Assembly (NCBI GenBank): GCA_034420495.1 | Contig: DAOULG010000141.1 | Location: 1-36,244, forward strand | Origin: Dehalococcoidia bacterium | GTDB lineage: Bacteria; Chloroflexota; Dehalococcoidia; UBA2979 | DNA: 36,244 nt | Direction of reading: 5' to 3' | Shown: positions 14,811 through 23,300 of the stretch, one piece after another | How positions within the stretch are numbered: position 1 is the stretch's first letter | How the letters are laid out: each line of letters begins with the position of its first letter | Position numbers and translations under genes: made by a program | The notes under the pieces: model-generated | What the model was told of the DNA's origin: nothing | Database searches by the model: none | What the model saw: only the letters and a program-made list of their open reading frames with translations

Positions 14811-16955
14811 ATGGCGCCCGACGGCGCGGACGGGAGCGGGCGCAACCGGCTCGCACGGGAGAGCAGCCCCTACCTGCGCCAGCACGCCGGCAACCCCGTC
14901 GACTGGTACCCCTGGGGAGAGGAGGCGTTCGCCCGCGCCCGCGCGGAGCAGAAGCCCGTCCTGCTCTCGGTCGGCTACTCGACGTGCCACTGGTGCCACG
15001 TGATGGCGCACGAGTCGTTCGAGAACGCCGCCATCGCCGAGCGCATGAACGAGTGGTTCATCTCGGTCAAGGTCGACCGCGAGGAGCGCCCCGACGTCGA
15101 CGCCGCCTACATGCTGGCGACGCAGGCGCTCTCCGGCCACGGCGGCTGGCCGATGACGGTCTTCCTCACCCCTGAGCGCGAGCCCTTCTATGCGGGGACC
15201 TACTACCCGCCCGAGGACCGCCACGGGCGACCCGGCTTCCCGCGGCTGCTCGAGAGCGTCCACCAGGCGTGGGAGGAGCGCCGCGGCGACGTGGTCCGGG
15301 CGGCCGGCTCGATCACGGAGCGCCTGCGCGCGGCCACCCGCCATGAGCCTCCGGGCGGGCTCGCGCTCGACGACGCGGCGGCGGGTGAGGCCGTGGCGCG
15401 CCTGCGCGCGGGCTACGATCCCCTCTGGGGCGGCTTCGGCGGCGCGCCGAAGTTCCCCTCGCCCGCCACCCTCGAGTTCCTGCTCGCGCACGATGCCTTG
15501 GCCGGCGGCTCCGCGGAGGCGCCCTCGGCGACCGGGATGGTCCTCCACACGCTCCGGCGGATGGCAGCCGGCGGGATCTACGACCAGCTCGGCGGCGGCT
15601 TCGCCCGCTACTCCGTCGACGAGCGATGGCTGGTCCCGCACTTCGAGAAGATGCTCTACGACAACGCGCAGCTCGCGCGCCTCTACCTGCACGCCCACCA
15701 GATCACCGGTGAGGCGCTCTTCGCCCGGATCGCGCGCGAGACGCTAGAGGCCGTCGAGGAGGAGCTCGGCCTCCCCTCGGGCGGCTACGCGGCGGCGCTC
15801 GACGCCGACAGCGAGGGGATCGAGGGGAAGTACTACCTCTGGAGCGCCGCCGAGATCGCCGAGGTCCTCGGCGCGGGCTCGCGCGAGGAGCGGCTCGCGC
15901 GGCTCGCCTACGGGGTGAGCGAGGGCGGGAACTTCTCCGACCCCCACGCCCCCGAGCTGACCGGGCGCAGCGTGCTCACGCGCGAGCGGGGGGCGGCGGA
16001 GCTCGCGGAGGAGCTCGGGGAGCCGGCCGCCGCCGTCGAGGAGCGCCTCGGGGCGGTGCGCGCGAGGCTCCTCGAGGCCCGCCGCCGGCGCATCCCGCCG
16101 CACCGCGACGAGAAGCTCCTCGCCTCCTGGAACGGTCTCGCCCTGGGCGCGCTCGCGGAGGCGGCGCGCGTGCTCGACGAGCCGCGCTACCTGGCGCGCG
16201 CCGGGGAGCTCGCCGTCCTGCTGTGGGAGGGGATGCGCGACGGCGGACGGCTGCTCCACGTGCGCCGCGAGGTGGACGGGAGGGCCGCGCACGTCCCGGC
16301 GATGCTGGAGGACTACGCCTTCGTCGGACTCGGCCTCCTCGAGCTCTACCGGTCGGGGGGCGACCTGGCCCAGCTCGAGCGGGCCGAGCGCCTCGCCTCC
16401 GAGATGGTGGAGCGCTTCCACGACGCCGAGGGGGGCGGCTTCTTCGAGACCGCGGCGGATGCCGAGCCCCTGATCCTGCGCCAGAAGGCGATCGCCGATC
16501 AGGCGACGCCGTCGGGCAACGCCGCCGCGGCGCAGCTCCTCGCCTGGCTCTCCCGCTACCGCGGCCACCCGCGCTACGAGGAGCTCGCCTCGGAGGCCGT
16601 GGCCCTCGCGCAGGGGAGCATGGTCGAGCACGCGGCGGGCTTCGGCGCTGCCTGGCTCGCGCGGTCGCTGCTCGCGGCGCCGCGCCGGGAGCTCGCCCTG
16701 GTGGGCGACCGGGAGGCCCGCGCGCCCTTCGCGCGCGAGGCGGCGGCGCGCTACCTGCCGGCGATGGTCATCGCGCCGGCGGAGACGGGCGGCGGGCTGC
16801 CGCTGCTGGAGGGCCGCGGCGCCGAGGGGGGCGCGGTGGCCTATCTCTGCGAGCAGATGGTCTGCGACCTCCCCGCGGCGACGCCCGGCGAGCTGGCGCT
16901 CCAGCTCGACCGGGTGCGCCCCGCCCCGCCGGCGGGGGGCGCCGGCGGGGGGTAG
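14811..16955 (+). CDS. Thioredoxin-domain protein of the YyaL/DUF255 family (N-terminal thioredoxin-like domain plus alpha/alpha six-hairpin domain), 714 aa
   Basis: ATG at 14811 after GGGGAGGTGG. Hallmark N-terminus: [87 protein letters not shown]. Confidence 0.9.
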   Translation: MAPDGADGSGRNRLARESSPYLRQHAGNPVDWYPWGEEAFARARAEQKPVLLSVGYSTCHWCHVMAHESFENAAIAERMNEWFISVKVDREERPDVDAAYMLATQALSGHGGWPMTVFLTPEREPFYAGTYYPPEDRHGRPGFPRLLESVHQAWEERRGDVVRAAGSITERLRAATRHEPPGGLALDDAAAGEAVARLRAGYDPLWGGFGGAPKFPSPATLEFLLAHDALAGGSAEAPSATGMVLHTLRRMAAGGIYDQLGGGFARYSVDERWLVPHFEKMLYDNAQLARLYLHAHQITGEALFARIARETLEAVEEELGLPSGGYAAALDADSEGIEGKYYLWSAAEIAEVLGAGSREERLARLAYGVSEGGNFSDPHAPELTGRSVLTRERGAAELAEELGEPAAAVEERLGAVRARLLEARRRRIPPHRDEKLLASWNGLALGALAEAARVLDEPRYLARAGELAVLLWEGMRDGGRLLHVRREVDGRAAHVPAMLEDYAFVGLGLLELYRSGGDLAQLERAERLASEMVERFHDAEGGGFFETAADAEPLILRQKAIADQATPSGNAAAAQLLAWLSRYRGHPRYEELASEAVALAQGSMVEHAAGFGAAWLARSLLAAPRRELALVGDREARAPFAREAAARYLPAMVIAPAETGGGLPLLEGRGAEGGAVAYLCEQMVCDLPAATPGELALQLDRVRPAPPAGGAGGG

Positions 16956-17054
16956 GGCGCCGCGCGCGCGGGAGACTTGTCCCGCGCCCGGTTCGCGGCG
17001 ATGCTCGGGCGGCCTCCCCCGGGGAGCGCCGGAGGCCGGAGGCAGGGAGGCCGC

Positions 17055-17834
17055 GTGCCCTTCGTCACCGCTTCCGGCGGCGTGCGCCTCCACTACCGCG
17101 ACTCAGGGAGGGCGCGCGACTCGCTCCCGATGCTCTTCGTGCACGGATGGTGCAGCAACCTGCGCGACTGGGAGCCGCAGGCGCGCGCCTTCTCCCGCCG
17201 CCACCGGGTGGTGCGGATCGACCTCCGCGGCCACGGCGCCTCCGAGGCGCCGCGCGGTGGCTACCGGCTGCGCACCTTCGCCGCCGACGTGGAGGCGGTG
17301 GCGAGCCGGCTCGCCGTCGGCCGCGCGCTCCTCGTCGGGCACTCGATGGGCGGCGGCGTCGTGCTCGAGCTCGCGCGGCGCGCGCCCGAGCTCGCCGCGG
17401 GCGTGGTGATGGTCGACGGCATTCTGGGGCGGGGCCGCCCGGGCCGCGAGCTTCGCGATCACCCGGCCGTGGCCCCCCTCGCCGGCCCCGGCTACCGCGA
17501 CGAGATCGAGCGCCGCTACCGCGCCTTCTTCCGCCCCTCCGTCCCGCGGGCGCTCGTCGAGCGCGTGGTCTCCTCGGCGGTCCGGACGCCGCAGCACGCG
17601 GCGCTCGGGAGCATCCGCGCCATCTACCGCGACAACGTGCGCGCGGCGGGGCGCCGCGTGCGGGCGCCGGCGCTCTACATCGCCGCCTCGACCGGCAGGG
17701 CCGGGCCCGCGACGCTCCGGGAGGTCGCTCCGTCGGCGGCCTTCGCGCAGGTGGTGGGCTCGGGGCACTTCGCGCAGCTCGAGGTGCCCCGTCAGGTCAA
17801 CGAGATGCTGCGGAGCTTCATCCGGGGGCTCTGA
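17055..17834 (+). CDS. Alpha/beta-fold hydrolase, 259 aa
   Basis: HGW oxyanion region LFVHGWCSN and nucleophile elbow LVGHSMGGGV. A C-terminal His is in GSGHFAQLEVP. GTG at 17055 follows GGGAGG (17045-17050). Alternative in-frame starts at 16977 (TTG) and 17001 (ATG) cannot be excluded. Confidence 0.8.
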   Translation: MPFVTASGGVRLHYRDSGRARDSLPMLFVHGWCSNLRDWEPQARAFSRRHRVVRIDLRGHGASEAPRGGYRLRTFAADVEAVASRLAVGRALLVGHSMGGGVVLELARRAPELAAGVVMVDGILGRGRPGRELRDHPAVAPLAGPGYRDEIERRYRAFFRPSVPRALVERVVSSAVRTPQHAALGSIRAIYRDNVRAAGRRVRAPALYIAASTGRAGPATLREVAPSAAFAQVVGSGHFAQLEVPRQVNEMLRSFIRGL

Positions 17835-17860
17835 GCCCCCCGGGGTGAGGGGAGGGGACC

Positions 17861-18166
17861 GTGTTCGTCGCGATGAACCGCTTCTCGGTCGTGCCCGGGC
17901 AGGAGCAGCGCTTCGAGGAGGTGTGGCGCGGCCGCGAGAGCTACCTGGACGGCGTGCCCGGCTTCGTGCGCTTCGCACTCCTGCGCGGCGACGAGGCGGG
18001 CGAGTACATCAGCCACAGCAGCTGGGAGTCGCGCGAGGCCTTCGAGGCGTGGACCCGGAGCGAGGCCTTCCAGGCCGCCCACCGGCAGGGGGCGCTTAAG
18101 GGAGTGCTCGGCGGCCCGCCCCGCGTCGCGCTCTACGACGCCGTCATGGAGCAGGGCCGGCCGTAG
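17861..18166 (+). CDS. ABM-domain monooxygenase, IsdG/MhuD-like candidate heme-degrading enzyme, 101 aa
   Basis: GTG start after GAGGGGAGGGG. FVAMNRFSVVPG, PGFVRFALLR, SSWESREAFEAWTRSEAFQAAH align by eye with the Asn/Trp/His triad of IsdG and MhuD. Confidence 0.65.
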   Translation: MFVAMNRFSVVPGQEQRFEEVWRGRESYLDGVPGFVRFALLRGDEAGEYISHSSWESREAFEAWTRSEAFQAAHRQGALKGVLGGPPRVALYDAVMEQGRP

Positions 18167-19394
18167 CCTCGCCCCCGGGGTCCCCCTCCGGCCGCGGCGC
18201 GAGGGCGATGCCGGCCGGCGCCCGGGCGTCGGCGAGGATGGCGGCGCGCCCGGCGAGCCAGCTCAGGAGCCGCTCGCCGGCGAGCTCGCGGCGCCAGCCC
18301 GAGAGCAGCGGCAGATCGGGCGCGGGCTCGGCACCGCCGCGTGCCCACCAGCGCGCCAGCTCCTCCGCGTCGCTGCGGGAGGCGACGAAGCGCGGCGCGA
18401 CCTCCTGCGAGCGGCAGAGCGCCGCCACGAGCGCGGTGAGCATCGCGGCCCAGCCCTGCGCCGCGTCGGGGAGGGGCGGCCGCGGCCGCGGACGCTCGGG
18501 CGGGTCCTGGGCGCCCTCGCGGAGCGCGCGCATCATCTGCTCGCCGTAGCGTCGCACGGTGCCGCGCGAGAGCCCGCGCGCCTCCTCCATCTCTGCGGCG
18601 CTCCCCGGGATGCGCCGCGCCAGCTCCACCACCGTGCGATCGGCGACGATGCGGCTCGGCGGCAGGTTGAGGCGCATCGCCTCGGCCTCGCGCCAGGCGG
18701 CGAGGCCCCGCAGCGCCCCCTGCGCGCGCGGCCGCAGGCTCGCCCCTCCGCGCAGGCGCCGGTAGGCTTCCTCCGGCGACGCCCTCCGGGCGTAGCGGGC
18801 GACGAGGCGTGCCGACTCCTCCTCCACCCAGCCGAGGCGCTCGCGGCCGGCCAGCTCGGCCCTGAGCCGCTGCCACGCCCGCGGGAGGTAGCGCACGTCG
18901 TTGAGCGCGTAGCGGATCTGGTCGTCGGAGAGCGGGCGGTCGAGCCACCTCGTGAACTGCCCTCCCTTGTCGAGGCGGACGCCGAGCAGGCTCTCGACCA
19001 GCGCGCCGTAGCCGATCTGATCGCCGAGCCCCAGGAAGCCGGCCGCGATCTGGGTGTCGATCACCGACTGCGGGATGATGCCGTACCGGTCGGCGAGCAG
19101 CGAGACGTCGGCCTGCGCCGCGTGCACCACGGTCTCCCTCTCCGGATCGCCGACGAGGGCGACGACCGGCCCCGGATCGACGGCGAGGGGATCGATGGCG
19201 GCGACCTCGGGATCGCCGACGTCGCCCCAGGCGACCTGGACCAGCCCGAGATCCGGGACGTAGCGCCCCTCCGAGACGAACTCGAGGTCGACGGCGAACC
19301 ACCCGCAGGCCCGGATCCCGTCCGCGATCTCCCGGACGGCCGGCGCCGAGGTCGCCGGCTCGGGGGCCCGGGCGTCGCTTCCGGGGCCGCTCAC
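18144..19394 (-). CDS. rnd: Ribonuclease D (DEDD 3'-5' exoribonuclease with HRDC domain), 416 aa
   Basis: Exo motifs: FAVDLEF (D-x-E), VVHAAQADVSLL, YALNDVRYL (Y-x3-D). HRDC-like segment: LAAWREAEAMRLNLPPSRIVADRTVVELARR. GTG at 19394 overlaps the VOC stop as GTGA. The tracked extension to 19799 is junk overlapping the VOC gene. Confidence 0.85.
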   Translation of the reverse strand: MSGPGSDARAPEPATSAPAVREIADGIRACGWFAVDLEFVSEGRYVPDLGLVQVAWGDVGDPEVAAIDPLAVDPGPVVALVGDPERETVVHAAQADVSLLADRYGIIPQSVIDTQIAAGFLGLGDQIGYGALVESLLGVRLDKGGQFTRWLDRPLSDDQIRYALNDVRYLPRAWQRLRAELAGRERLGWVEEESARLVARYARRASPEEAYRRLRGGASLRPRAQGALRGLAAWREAEAMRLNLPPSRIVADRTVVELARRIPGSAAEMEEARGLSRGTVRRYGEQMMRALREGAQDPPERPRPRPPLPDAAQGWAAMLTALVAALCRSQEVAPRFVASRSDAEELARWWARGGAEPAPDLPLLSGWRRELAGERLLSWLAGRAAILADARAPAGIALAPRPEGDPGGEATAGPAP

Positions 19395-19834
19395 GGCGCG
19401 GCGGGGCCGCCGCCGCCGGCCTCCCCGGCGAGGGGGGCGGCGAAGGAGATCTCGTGACCGTCGGGGTCGCGGAGGTGGAAGTAGCGCTCGCCCCACTCCG
19501 CGTCGCGCGGCGGGCCCTCGGGCTCCAGCCCCGCCGCCCGCGCCCGCCCGTAGAGGGCGTCGACCGCCGCCGGGTCCGCGAGGTGGACGATGACCCGCCC
19601 CCAGCCCGCCGCGCCCCCGGCGGGCGCGGGGGCGGCTCCCAGCGCCAGGTTCAGGTGCTCCTCCGCGCCGACGTCGAGGACGGTGAAGGAGGCCGCGGGG
19701 CCCCCGTAGCTCGGGCGGAGGCCGAGGGCGCCGTAGAAGGCGACGGCCCGCGGCATGTCGGCGGTGGCGAGCGTCACGGCGTTGATGCTGCGGAACCACG
19801 CACCCGCGCCGCGGCCCTCTGCGCTCGCTCCCAT
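19391..19834 (-). CDS. VOC-family (glyoxalase / bleomycin-resistance / dioxygenase fold) protein, 147 aa
   Basis: INAVTLATADMPRAVAFYGALGL ... WGERYFHLRDPDGHEISF is the typical paired beta-alpha-beta-beta-beta pattern. ATG at 19834. Confidence 0.75.
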   Translation of the reverse strand: MGASAEGRGAGAWFRSINAVTLATADMPRAVAFYGALGLRPSYGGPAASFTVLDVGAEEHLNLALGAAPAPAGGAAGWGRVIVHLADPAAVDALYGRARAAGLEPEGPPRDAEWGERYFHLRDPDGHEISFAAPLAGEAGGGGPAAP

Positions 19835-19840
19835 GGCGCC

Positions 19841-19846
19841 AGCATA
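19841..19846 (-). promoter_or_regulatory. -10-like hexamer TATGCT placed for a leaderless VOC-rnd transcript
   Basis: The minus strand reads TATGCT-GGCGCC-ATG. The 6-nt spacer puts the predicted +1 on the A of the VOC start codon (19834), and no SD lies in between. The same hexamer occurs at 5297-5302 (+), upstream of the amidohydrolase-2 gene. Confidence 0.3.
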
Positions 19847-19922
19847 CGTGCTCCCCGGCCGGCCGCCATCCGGCCGGCCCCGCTCCGCCGCCCTCTGCGC
19901 CGCCCGCTCCGGGGGCCGGCGC

Positions 19923-20324
19923 TCATCCCGCGAGGAAGGAGAGACGGACGCGCCGCGACGGGTTGTCGGGATTCAGGTCGACCAGCACCACGCTCTGCCA
20001 GGTGCCGAGCGCGGGATGCCCCCCGCCGACGGGGAGCACCAGCGAGGGGCTGAGCAGCGCCGGCAGGAGGTGGTCGGCGCCGTGCCCGGGCGATCCGTGG
20101 CGGTGGAGGTAGCGGTCGTCGCGCGGGAGCAGGCGGCCGAGCGCCTCCACGAGGTCGTCGTCCGAGCCCGCCCCCGTCTCGACGAGCGCCAGCCCGCAGG
20201 TCGCGTGCGGTGCGAAGAGGGAGAGCAGGCCGTCGCCCCGTCCGCGGCAGTAGGCCCGCACCTCGTCGGTGAGATCGACGACGCGCCGGCCCGAGGTGTC
20301 GACGTCGAGCTCGCGGCTCTCCAC
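19923..20324 (-). CDS. YjbQ/UPF0047 family protein (annotated elsewhere as secondary thiamine-phosphate synthase enzyme), 133 aa
   Basis: GTG at 20324 (VESRELDVDTSGRRVVDLTDEV). Family core: GHGADHLLPALLSPSLVLPVGGGHPALGTWQSVVLVDLN. The start shares one nucleotide with the lhr stop (TAGTG, 20322-20326). Confidence 0.8.
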   Translation of the reverse strand: MESRELDVDTSGRRVVDLTDEVRAYCRGRGDGLLSLFAPHATCGLALVETGAGSDDDLVEALGRLLPRDDRYLHRHGSPGHGADHLLPALLSPSLVLPVGGGHPALGTWQSVVLVDLNPDNPSRRVRLSFLAG

Positions 20325-23300
20325 TAGCGGCCCTCGGCGGCGCCGGCGGCGGGCGCTGCGGAGGCGACGCCCGCCTCCTCCGGGGCGCCGTCGACGAGGA
20401 CGACGGTCCTCCCCGGCTGCGACGGCACGCGCGCGCCGGGGAGGAGGACCCCGCTGAGGTTGAGCGGGTCGACGGCCGCCACGACGACGCGCTCGCCCGA
20501 GTGCGGCTCCCGGCGCAGCCGCCGCAGCGCCTCGACCGCCTCCGGCAGCGCGAACTGCTCGCCGTGGAAGCCGGTGACGAAGCGCCCGCCGCGCACGAGG
20601 CCGCGGGCCTCCAGGCGCCGGAGCGCGCGCAGCACCTCGCGCCAGGGCACCGTGAAGCTCTCGCGCAGGGCGAGGTCGCGGAAGACCACCCCCCAGCGGT
20701 CCAGCAGCACGCGCGCCACCTCCTCGGCGAGCTCCTCGGCATCCAGCGCGCTCTCGCGCCCGGGCGGGACGGCGCTCTCGAGCAGCGACCAGCGTCCCGT
20801 CGGCCGCCCCCGCAGGAAGAGGCGCGGCTCCTCCGCCCGGCTCGTGCGCCACGGCGCCAGCGGCCGGCGGCGGGGGCCCCGCCGCCGGCTCCCGCCGCCG
20901 CGGTGGCGGCCCGCCACGTCCCGGAGGGGCTGCACCCCGTCGGCGGTGATGAGCCCGAGCCCGACCAGCACGCGCAGCCCCCGCTCGACGTCCTGCGGCA
21001 GCCTCCGGGTCGCCGCGACGATCTCGTCCAGGAAGAGCGCGCCGCGCTCGGCGAGGAGCGCGCGGATCTCCGCGCCGGCGCCCGTCTCCGGCGCCGGAGC
21101 GGGCGCCGGGCCGTAGCGCCGCACCGCCTCGAGCAGCAGCCCGAGGTCGGCGCGCGGGGCGAGCGTGACGGGCGTCGCCCGCGAGGCGGGGCCGCGGCCG
21201 CTCCCCGCGGCGGCGCGGCGCGGCGTGAGCCGCGCCCACGCCAGCTCGCCGGAGAGCGCGAGCTCGTCGAGCCAGGGCGCCTCGTAGTCGACGACGCGCG
21301 AGGCGAGCAGCTCGCGCTCCCAGGAGGCGGCCGGCGCCTCGAATCCGCGGAGGCGGGTGAGGGCCGCGCGCAGCCCGGCGCGCCCCCGGAGCTCCGCCCC
21401 GGGCGCCGCCCCGTGCCAGCGCAGCAGGAAGCGCATCAGCTCCTGGACGGGGAGCGGGGCGATCTCCTGGCGCAGCTGCTCCAGCGTGTAGCGGTGGATG
21501 CGGGCGAGCAGCGCGCGATCGCAGATCTCCTCCTCGGCGGCCGCGGGCGTGAAGCGGCCGCGGAGCACGAAGCCGCCCGCCTCGAGCTGCGCGACGCCGC
21601 GCTCGGCGTCGACGGCGGAGAGCCCGCTCCGGGCGGCGAGCTCGGCGACGGTGAGCGGCCCCGAGACCTCGGCGTGGCCCCGGAGCAGCCGCAGGCGCGC
21701 GTCGTCGCGGTCCGCGACCGCGATCTGAGCCTCCGCCGGGGGCGGGCGGGCGAGATCGCTCTCGCGCCCGGGGTAGAGGAGGGAGACGGCCGGGAGGTGC
21801 TCGGCGGCGAACCAGAGCGTCCCCCCGCCTCCGCCGCGCGCGCGCCCCGCGCGCCCCGCCTCCAGGAGCTCGGCGAGCCACCCCTCCCAGCCGGCTGCGG
21901 TCTCCTCACGGACGGCGACGAGCCCGAGCAGCGCGTCGTGGACCTCCTCGGCGTCGCGCGGGTCGGGCCACGCCTGGTCGCGCACGCGCTCGATCGCGCC
22001 CGGGTCGAGAGCCCCGAGATCGCGCTGGTGCTCGGGGAGCGTCCTCCGCAGCTGCACGGCGCGGGCGCGGCGCTCCTCGAGCGGCGCGTCGTCGAGGTAG
22101 GTGAAGGGGCGCCCGGCGACGATCTCGTGCGCCATCGGCGAAGGCTCGGTGGTGTCCCGCGCGTGCAGCCGGATCGCCCCCGCCTCGACGCGCTCGAGGA
22201 GGGCCCGGGCGCCGTCGACGTCCATCACCTCGCGGAGGCAGTCCCGCATCGTCTGGCGGATCAGCACGTGATCGGGGAGCTCGAGCGCCCCGGTCACGTT
22301 CTCCTGGCAGCCGACGACGTCGGGGAAGACGGAGGCGAGCAGATCGTCGGCCCGCATCCGCTGCACCCAGGGGGCCACCCGCTTCCCGCCCCGGCGCCTG
22401 GGGACGGCGAGCGCGCGGGTCGCGTTCCAGCGCCAGCGCGTCGGGAGGAGGGGCGTGTAGAGGACGGACTGCTCGACGGCGTGCTCGAGGTTCCCCGCGG
22501 TGACGTAGCGGAACGACTCCGCCAGCGGGAAGGAGTGCTGCGGGCCCAGCGAGAGCAGGATCGCGTCGTCGGAGGCGGCGGCCTGCAGCTCGAAGTCGAA
22601 GACGACGCAGAAGCGCTTGCGCAGCGCGAGCCCCCAGGCGCGGTTGACGCGCTGCCCGAACGGCGCGTGCACGACGAGCTGCATCCCGCCCGACTCGTCG
22701 AAGAAGCGCTCGAAGACGACGTCCTCGTCGGTCGGCACCAGCCCGATGCCGTCGCGGGTCGTGCGCAGGTAGTCGACGATCTGCGCCGCGCCGGCGTCGG
22801 GGAGCGAGGACTCGCTCGCCAGCCAGGCGCGCAGCGCCGCCGGGTCGCCGTCGAGCCGCGCCGCCACGTCGCGCCGGAGCCGGCCGACCTCCGCGGAGAG
22901 CTCCCTGGTGCGGCCCGGCGCCTGCCCCTCCCAGAAGGGGATCGTCGGGGGCGCCCCCTGCGCGTCGGCCACGCGCATCGTGTCGCCGACGAGACGGCGG
23001 ATGCGCCACGACGTCGAGCCGAGCAGGAAGATGTCGCCGGCCGCGCTCTCGACGGCGAAGTCCTCGCCGACGCTCCCCACCACGGTGTCTCCGGGCTCGG
23101 CGATCACCCGGTAGTCGCCCATCTCGGGGATCGTGCCGCCGTTGAGGAGCGCCGCGAGGCGCGCCTGGCGGCGGCCGCGCAGCATGCCGTGGATGCGGTC
23201 CCGGTGGATGAGCGGCGCGGCGCGTCCGGCGCCCGAGCCGATGCCCTCCGCCAGCATCGCGACGATCTCGTCGTAGTCGGAGCGCTCGAGATCCCGGAAG

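Noticed and set aside
16977-17054. TTG start at 16977 for the alpha/beta hydrolase
   Set aside because: The SD-like GGGAGA ends 1 nt before the TTG, which is too close. The added 26 residues are Arg/Gly/Pro-rich. GTG at 17055 follows GGGAGG and begins the typical hydrolase N-terminal strand. This remains uncertain.
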